The position numbers and the translations under genes are program-made. A stretch of DNA of 40,557 bases from Bacillales bacterium (GTDB lineage: Bacteria; Bacillota_I; Bacilli_A; RF39; UBA660), in NCBI GenBank assembly GCA_016282415.1, contig JAEEKO010000002.1, forward strand, positions 1 through 40,557, read 5' to 3'. This document shows, piece after piece, positions 34,590 to 40,557 of this stretch. Below the pieces are notes generated by a model. That model was not told the DNA's origin and searched no databases. It worked only from the letters and a program-made list of their open reading frames with translations. Each line of letters begins with the position of its first letter. The first letter of the stretch is position 1.

Positions 34590-36608
34590 ATATACTTCAT
34601 TAATTAATAATACAGTACATAAAATGATTATTAAAATACCACCAAATAATAAGTATAACCAGAATGGTACTTGACTCCATACATCTTTTAATGCATGTAT
34701 TAAGTTCAATACGCTAAATATAACACCAATTATAAAATATGAAGTTGTATATTTCTTTTGTAATAAACTATAAATTATTAATCCTAAACATGTAACCCCA
34801 GCTAAAATACTTAAATAGATTCCTGGTGAATAAATATCAAAGAAAACAATGAATGAAATAAAGATAATAAATAATACATGTTTTAATAAACTATTCTTCT
34901 TATCAATTGGGAAGATTGTCATAAATAAGATAAAGATTAAATATAAACTTACTAATAATGAAGAAATATCATCATTTAAATTAATTTGACGAATAAATAC
35001 CGAGAATGGCAATACAGAATAAATTGTTAAGAAATACTTATTAAATTTACTTTTAAATGGTAATAAGTAATTTATAAATGCTACTAATAAGCATAATAAT
35101 GATCCTATAGTTAAAGATAAATTAAATGGTTGAAGTCCAATGAAGATACTTGATAATAACAACATATAAATCATTAATGCAAAAACACTTAATACCTTAT
35201 AACCAACACTCTTATTGCCTTTAATAACAGTATAAATATATAATAAGTAACTAATTAATAATCCAACTAGTTGAATAATATTACTAGATACTGAAATACC
35301 ACATGAAACTAGGTTACCAAAAATATTAAAACAAATTAGAGTAATACATAGTGATAAATCAATTCCTTTAACCCCTTCATCTTTATCAATGAAATGCATT
35401 ATAAATAATACACCACTAAGAATAACTAAATAATTTCTTAAAAGAATATCGATTACATAATCATCTATTAAATTAATAACACTAGCACCAACAATTATAA
35501 TAACGATTGGTCGAATATAATCATAAAATACTGTTTTACTACCAATACTATTTAAAACATTTACTAATAATAAATTAATTGCTGCTAATAAAATGGTTAT
35601 GGCAGATGAACAAACATTAAAAATCACTAATATGAAGGCTGTAATTAATCCAATTATATTATTTGCTTTATAAATAACTTCATCATTCTTTAAATTAAAG
35701 ATTTTAACCATTAAATAATAGAATAAATAAACAAATAATGATAATCCAACTGCTAAACAATCATAACCATCTAGTGGTGATTGCAATAATGAACCCGTAG
35801 CAATTGCAACCATATAAGATGCAATTACATTTAATACTACAAATAATTTACGACGATCCTTAATCGTAAAGATTAAAGAACTAATTAATGATAATACTGA
35901 TGCTATTACCATTACAAATGAATAATCTAATATAATTATTTCAAAGAATAATAATAAATAGAATAAATAGTTAGCAATAACTGCTACTGCATAAATAAAG
36001 CCTTTTCTTGGTGCAAAAATATGAAGTAAGAAATAGAAAATACTCATATATAACATTGCATATTCAAAATCTAATTCAAAATGATTAAATATGAATGGTG
36101 CAATTAAGAAGAAAGCAATACTTCCAACCGTTTTAGCAAATCTTGATTTAAATAATAAATCATAAATAAACATAAAGATGGTTACTAAACCAAATATTGT
36201 TGCCATAACAATTGATGCACCTTCACCACCAAAGCTAAACCACTCACCAAATGTTTCAAAATAACCAATACCAACTAAGGTAAAAACCATAAATAAGAGT
36301 GATATTAATAAATAGCTCTTAGTAGTACTTCTGATTTTGATAAATAAAGCACTAACAATTGATAGTAACATAAATACTACACTAATTAATGCAAGTAATA
36401 ATACTTTAAAAGTATCACCAATAAATTCATAATTACTTGTTGCTAAGATAATACCAGCAACTAATACCATAAATACACCTAATTTTAAAAAGATATCAAT
36501 TCTTTTAATATCAGGACTTACTTCCTCTTTTTTTATTTCTGGTAATTTTGTTCCACAATCTTTACAAAACTTACCAAATCCTTCTTTACTACATTTAGGA
36601 CAAATCAT
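34575..36608 (-). CDS. Polytopic membrane protein (~18-20 TM) with an N-terminal zinc ribbon
   Basis: MICPKCSKEGFGKFCKDCGTKL (CxxC-x11-CxxC), followed by almost uninterrupted hydrophobic helices over 650 aa. Confidence 0.75.
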   Translation of the reverse strand: MICPKCSKEGFGKFCKDCGTKLPEIKKEEVSPDIKRIDIFLKLGVFMVLVAGIILATSNYEFIGDTFKVLLLALISVVFMLLSIVSALFIKIRSTTKSYLLISLLFMVFTLVGIGYFETFGEWFSFGGEGASIVMATIFGLVTIFMFIYDLLFKSRFAKTVGSIAFFLIAPFIFNHFELDFEYAMLYMSIFYFLLHIFAPRKGFIYAVAVIANYLFYLLLFFEIIILDYSFVMVIASVLSLISSLIFTIKDRRKLFVVLNVIASYMVAIATGSLLQSPLDGYDCLAVGLSLFVYLFYYLMVKIFNLKNDEVIYKANNIIGLITAFILVIFNVCSSAITILLAAINLLLVNVLNSIGSKTVFYDYIRPIVIIIVGASVINLIDDYVIDILLRNYLVILSGVLFIMHFIDKDEGVKGIDLSLCITLICFNIFGNLVSCGISVSSNIIQLVGLLISYLLYIYTVIKGNKSVGYKVLSVFALMIYMLLLSSIFIGLQPFNLSLTIGSLLCLLVAFINYLLPFKSKFNKYFLTIYSVLPFSVFIRQINLNDDISSLLVSLYLIFILFMTIFPIDKKNSLLKHVLFIIFISFIVFFDIYSPGIYLSILAGVTCLGLIIYSLLQKKYTTSYFIIGVIFSVLNLIHALKDVWSQVPFWLYLLFGGILIIILCTVLLINEVYKKQD

Positions 36609-36619
36609 ATCATTACCTC

Positions 36620-37009
36620 CTAATTAACTTTATATTCAATTTTTTCAGCTTCTTCAATATTTAAATCTGTTTTAGCATTAATCTTAAATTCATCATTCTT
36701 TTTTAAATTCCGATTAACAATATTATTTACTTTAATAATTTTATTATTATTTTTATCATAGAAAATTACATCAATGCTCTTAACGGTTTTAGTTTCGTCC
36801 GCTGTAACGGTTGCGGTAAAATCGTAGAATTTACCTTCTTTTTTTATTTCAACATCAGTAATTATTAAACCATCAACAAACGTTTTACCACGATTCATAT
36901 AATTATGAACCCCAATTAGTATAATAAATCCTGCTAACAGCACTGCTAGTATAATCATAACGATTGTTAATATTTTATTACGTCCTGAATTTATTTTTTT
37001 GTTTTTCAT
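36620..37009 (-). CDS. Single-pass membrane protein with a small beta-rich ectodomain (paralog of 37096..37500)
   Basis: TM ILTIVMIILAVLLAGFIILIGV, then ...ITDVEIKKEG..FTATVTAD...IDVIFYDKNNNKI...L.KNDEFKI.AKTD. 11-nt gap with an AGGAGG RBS to the downstream 677-aa gene. Confidence 0.65.
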   Translation of the reverse strand: MKNKKINSGRNKILTIVMIILAVLLAGFIILIGVHNYMNRGKTFVDGLIITDVEIKKEGKFYDFTATVTADETKTVKSIDVIFYDKNNNKIIKVNNIVNRNLKKNDEFKINAKTDLNIEEAEKIEYKVN

Positions 37010-37067
37010 CTATTATCACCTACTATAATTATACTATTTTTTAAATAATAAGCAATAATCTTTGACA

Positions 37068-37097
37068 ATAAAAAAATTGCAATTTCTTGCAATTTTT
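37068..37097 (-). terminator. Terminator after the 134-aa gene
   Basis: 11-bp stem AAAAATTGCAA / TTGCAATTTTT with loop TTTC. The stop 37096..37098 lies at the stem edge. Confidence 0.65.
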
Positions 37098-37500
37098 ATT
37101 TTGTTAGTTCATAGGTAATATTATGCATATCTGAAATATCTTCATCTGTACTTGCTTTAATACTTATTGAATCATTTGGTATTACATTTCGACCAACATA
37201 ACCAATAAGTGTTACTATAACTTTATTATTTTTATCTAAAATATTTAATTTAATACCATCGATTGTTTCACTTTCTTTAACGGTTAATGTTCCAGTGTAA
37301 GTAGTTACCCCTTCCTCCGTTAAAACATGAATATCGCTGATAGTTATATTATCTGTAACACTGACATCATCAAATTTTGGATCTCCCATTCCAAGAATAG
37401 AATAAGCAATAAATGCCGCTAATGCAATCATTAAGACGCCAATGCCAATAACCCATTTACGATTTTCTTCACTTTTTATAATCGACATAAATTTTCTCAT
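37096..37500 (-). CDS. Single-pass membrane protein with a small beta-rich ectodomain, translationally coupled to the giant Gly-rich gene
   Basis: TM WVIGIGVLMIALAAFIAYSILG, then ...ISDIHVLTEEG..YTGTLTVKE...IKLNILDKNNKVI...VIPNDSISIKASTD. Its ATG overlaps the upstream TGA (ATGA at 37497..37500). Confidence 0.65.
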   Translation of the reverse strand: MRKFMSIIKSEENRKWVIGIGVLMIALAAFIAYSILGMGDPKFDDVSVTDNITISDIHVLTEEGVTTYTGTLTVKESETIDGIKLNILDKNNKVIVTLIGYVGRNVIPNDSISIKASTDEDISDMHNITYELTK

Positions 37501-40500
37501 GAGTTTTCCCCACTTACTTCTTTAGATATTTCTTCAATAATTTGTATTATTTTACTAACACTATTTTTCTTACCTAAACCATTTTCAATATCGCATGTTA
37601 TTTCATATTCACCAATTTCTAATTCATTGATATTTGAAATAACATCATCACCATTCTTACAACTAAATGTTACTCCTGATTTAGTAGATGTATATCCCGT
37701 AGGTAGTGTTATATCACTACCTACAGTTATTTCATCATCTAACTCAAGTTCAATACTTGGAGTTTCTCGATCAATACGATTAACCGTAAATGAACTTGTT
37801 GATACGACATTATTATTTTCGTCTAATGAACGAGCAAGAATAGTTACGTTTTCTTCAACTGTAATTTCACCTTGATATTCAAACCAAGTTTCACCTAAAT
37901 CTAAACTATACTCACTAGTATATCCTTTTGGATAACTAATATTAATTTTTTTAGATTCTGCATAACCAGTATTATCAATTGTAATATTTGGAGTTTCAAC
38001 GATAATCTTAGGTGCTGACTTAGGTGAAGATTTACCACCACGTCTTAATTCGAGTTCAATAGTAGTAAATGATACTGTACCAGCTCCTCCGTTACCACGG
38101 TTATTAGTTGCTGATCCTCCAACAACTGAAGTTGTACCTTCACTAGTAATAGAATTACTAAATACGTTAATTGATCCACCACCAGATGATCCCGGAGTAC
38201 CATAGCCTTTATGATCATATGCTGATGTACCATTAGCTTGCAATGTTCCAGTATTATTAAATTCACTAGCATAAATAACCAATAATCCACCTGTACCATT
38301 GCTTCCATCTGGAATACCAGAACTTAAATTTTTAGATTGACCACCTGGGTTACCAACACCACCAGAGTAGCCATCACTTCTACCACCAGAACCACCATAT
38401 TGGTTACCACTTGTTGCAATTGATTCATAGGCTGATCCACCACCAGTTCCTCCTGAATAACTTGTACCAGCTCCTCCATCTCCAGGCGTTACTGAATATG
38501 ATCCACCACCAGATCCACCACCACCTGTAGCACGACTAGAAACTGTAGAGCCAGCAGAACCAGGATTACCACTTTTATCACCAGAAGATTTCTTAGAAAC
38601 TCCTCCAGCTCCGCCTACAGCAGGAACTACTTCAAATGTATCATCACTATTTTTCCATAGATATACATTATCTCCATAAGCATATGCACCATGCGAATTA
38701 TCAATTGTTCCGGTATTATTTAATGTACCAGTAACAAATAGAACAAATCCTTTTGGTCCACCATATCGGTTATAGAATGGTTCTATCTTGGCATTATTTG
38801 TTAAATTTCCATTTACTTTAACAATTACCGTATTGGTAGCCATACGATCGCTGCCTAAACCATTACCAACGTCATTTTCATCACCAAACTTAGTATTAGT
38901 AGTAATAGTTTGATCTCCCTCTAATACATATAGGTGAACTGGGTAAGTAACCGTTTCACTATCACCTTCAACAACAAAATCATAATATCCATCGTTTAAA
39001 CTAGGGTCATTTAATATTTCCAAAATACTGTCCCCTGATTTTGATGTTCTTTCAAAAGTTCTTTCGGCAATTGGTAATTCATCAAATGATGCACTACCAG
39101 TACCGCCAAGACTACGCTTATTAGTTGCGGATCCACCGGCTACATTTACGTTTCCTTCTTTAATTAGTGTTTTAGCAAATACATTGATGGAACCACCACC
39201 AGAAGAACCTCCAGTACCATAACTATTATGTTCATATGCGGCAGTACCAGTTGCTTTTAATAAACCATTACTTTCAAATTTATCCGCATAAATCATTAAT
39301 AATCCACCAGTACCACTAACAATATGTCCATAATCAGTTTGTGGATTTACATACTCTCCACCTGGGTTACCAACACCACTACCTAAACCAGTACCGGTTC
39401 CACCCTGGCCACCATAATTGCTACCAGATGTTGTGGTCGCTTGCCATGCAGATCCTCCTCCAGTTCCACCGGAATAAGAGGTTGCAGATCCACCATCACC
39501 AGGTTTTGCGGAAGATGATCCACCACCTGATGCTCCACCACCTAGCGCACGACTTGATATTGTTGATCCATCCTTACCAGCTACTTGATATTTATCACCA
39601 GAAGTTTTCCTAGAAATTCCTCCAGCTCCACCTACAGCAGGAACAGTAGCAAATGTACCATTATCATATTTATAAATATATACATTATCACCATATGCAT
39701 ACGCACCATGAGAATTATCTATAGTACCATCATTAGTAAGTTTACCAGTTACATAAACCATAAATCCTTTTGGCCCACCATATTGTTCATGATATACAGG
39801 TCCCACTGTAACTCCTGATTTAATTTTTAAATCACCATTAAATTTGACTATGACCATATTAGTAGCCATTTTATCTTCAGTTGTACCTGACGCACAATCA
39901 GATAAAGATCCAAATTGGATATCGCTTTTAATTGATTGATTACCATTAATAACAATTAAATGCACTGGATATGTAACAGTTTCATTATCACCATTAACAA
40001 TGAAATTATAGTATCCTGTATTTAAGTTACTATCATCTAAAATATCGATAATACTATCACCAGTTTTATTAATTTTCTCAGTTGAAACAACATGATTATC
40101 ATCATATGAATCTATTTCTTCTTGAATAATACTAGTAAAATCATAATATTGACCATCAATTATTTTACCAATATTTACAGTTCCAAGACCTCCATTACCA
40201 CCTCTACTGGTATTAGATGTCGTTTTTAGTGTTCCACCTGCAACTGATATATCACCTTTTAAATCATTATATACACTCAAGTATGAAACACTAGGTGAAA
40301 TCAAATTAATAGCATTATTTGCAAAGATATTAACGGATCCACCACCAGAACCACCACCAATGTAAGTAGCAGAAGCGGCTTCATGACCTTTAGCAAGAAT
40401 TGTCCCATTATTTTCATATTCATCAGAATAAATAATAAGTAATCCACCAGTACCTCCAGCAGGGTTACCGGCTCCTGCTCCAGCACCAGTTCCATAACCA

Positions 40501-40557
40501 GTTCCACCAGCACCTCCATTACTTGGTATATTTGTAAATGAAGTACTATTACGAATA
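37497..40557 (-). CDS. Very large glycine-rich modular extracellular protein (5' end beyond the window; at least 1019 codons visible)
   Basis: The track ORF start (TTG 40304) is internal. The same frame stays open to 40557 (...NGGAGGTGYGTGAGAGAGNPAGGTGGLLIIYSDEY...GGGSGGGSVNIFANNAIN-LISPS...). Two full ~340-360-aa modules plus a partial third, then a non-Gly C-terminal region. Confidence 0.8.
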   Translation of the reverse strand, partial: IRNSTSFTNIPSNGGAGGTGYGTGAGAGAGNPAGGTGGLLIIYSDEYENNGTILAKGHEAASATYIGGGSGGGSVNIFANNAINLISPSVSYLSVYNDLKGDISVAGGTLKTTSNTSRGGNGGLGTVNIGKIIDGQYYDFTSIIQEEIDSYDDNHVVSTEKINKTGDSIIDILDDSNLNTGYYNFIVNGDNETVTYPVHLIVINGNQSIKSDIQFGSLSDCASGTTEDKMATNMVIVKFNGDLKIKSGVTVGPVYHEQYGGPKGFMVYVTGKLTNDGTIDNSHGAYAYGDNVYIYKYDNGTFATVPAVGGAGGISRKTSGDKYQVAGKDGSTISSRALGGGASGGGSSSAKPGDGGSATSYSGGTGGGSAWQATTTSGSNYGGQGGTGTGLGSGVGNPGGEYVNPQTDYGHIVSGTGGLLMIYADKFESNGLLKATGTAAYEHNSYGTGGSSGGGSINVFAKTLIKEGNVNVAGGSATNKRSLGGTGSASFDELPIAERTFERTSKSGDSILEILNDPSLNDGYYDFVVEGDSETVTYPVHLYVLEGDQTITTNTKFGDENDVGNGLGSDRMATNTVIVKVNGNLTNNAKIEPFYNRYGGPKGFVLFVTGTLNNTGTIDNSHGAYAYGDNVYLWKNSDDTFEVVPAVGGAGGVSKKSSGDKSGNPGSAGSTVSSRATGGGGSGGGSYSVTPGDGGAGTSYSGGTGGGSAYESIATSGNQYGGSGGRSDGYSGGVGNPGGQSKNLSSGIPDGSNGTGGLLVIYASEFNNTGTLQANGTSAYDHKGYGTPGSSGGGSINVFSNSITSEGTTSVVGGSATNNRGNGGAGTVSFTTIELELRRGGKSSPKSAPKIIVETPNITIDNTGYAESKKINISYPKGYTSEYSLDLGETWFEYQGEITVEENVTILARSLDENNNVVSTSSFTVNRIDRETPSIELELDDEITVGSDITLPTGYTSTKSGVTFSCKNGDDVISNINELEIGEYEITCDIENGLGKKNSVSKIIQIIEEISKEVSGENS
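38064..39083 (-). repeat. Gly-rich module B (residues ~408-747 of the track ORF)
   Basis: Shares ordered blocks with module A: GDSILEILND, ETVTYPVHL, GGPKGF, GTIDNSHGAYAYGDNVY, VPAVGGAGG, PGDGG..TSYSGGTGGGSA, GVGNPGG, GTGGLLVIYA, GSSGGGSINVF, GGSATN. Confidence 0.8.
39084..40166 (-). repeat. Gly-rich module A (residues ~47-407)
   Basis: Same block order as module B. Repeat offset 339-342 aa. Confidence 0.8.
40167..40557 (-). repeat. Gly-rich module 0 (C-terminal part only, truncated by the window edge)
   Basis: GNPAGGTGGLLIIYSDEY...GGGSGGGSVNIF...GGNGGLGTVNIG aligns with the ends of modules A and B. Confidence 0.7.

Noticed and set aside
37627-40519. Track ORFs 37627..37875, 38045..38308, 39341..39613, 39585..39818 and 40301..40519
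   Set aside because: They are off-frame or antisense readings of the Gly-rich gene. GGN-rich DNA lacks stops in several frames, which gives Leu/Val/His-rich pseudo-proteins. 40301..40519 in particular is displaced by the true frame, which stays open through 40557.
1-40557. CRISPR arrays, IS elements/transposases, integrases, prophage genes, restriction-modification or toxin-antitoxin pairs; genetic code 4
   Set aside because: I saw no spaced direct repeats, terminal inverted repeats or recognisable enzymes of these classes. Code 4 is rejected because long housekeeping ORFs are intact under the standard code, Trp is encoded by TGG, and TGA terminates the giant gene at 37497..37499.

Overview
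Visibly AT-rich chromosomal segment from a low-GC Gram-positive bacterium (Bacillota; Erysipelotrichia- or Clostridia-like is a guess). It uses the standard genetic code: TGA acts as a stop and all housekeeping ORFs are intact. Almost everything is transcribed on the minus strand.

Housekeeping backbone: str operon (rpsL-rpsG-fusA-tuf, with tuf running off the left edge), whiA, a VanY-like peptidase, three tRNAs (Thr, Thr, Arg), trpS, tmRNA (ssrA), uvrA, a gerQ-like gene, lemA, ung-rlmH-yycJ-like-M23 peptidase-dnaB-rplI, and uvrB.

Accessory islands:
- (i) A class B sortase locus with a NPKTG-anchored surface protein and a 630-aa secreted partner, followed by pepC (9.9-15.7 kb).
- (ii) Next to ssrA, a lipoprotein gene plus a 21-Cys membrane-anchored repeat protein, driven by three tandem consensus promoters (17.1-20.1 kb).
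- (iii) An extracytoplasmic pair of a rhodanese-like lipoprotein and a thioredoxin-like protein (32.2-33.3 kb).
- (iv) At the right edge, a very large glycine-rich protein built from tandem ~340-360-aa modules. Its ORF is still open at the window end and longer than the ORF track suggests. It is translationally coupled to a small single-pass membrane protein and is followed by a paralog of that protein and a zinc-ribbon polytopic membrane protein.

Island (iv) is my best candidate for an undescribed system; island (ii) is second.

Two unexpected substitutions sit in core translation genes. S12 has Ile at the universally conserved Pro of the KDLPG loop, a classical streptomycin resistance/dependence site. 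The str-operon EF-G has non-canonical G4 (NKME) and G5 (ADALG) guanine-recognition motifs.

I saw no CRISPR array, IS element, integrase or prophage genes. All functional calls come from motif recognition by eye; no database search was possible. The ORF track renders GTG/TTG starts as M, so several starts were moved to the first start codon with a plausible RBS.
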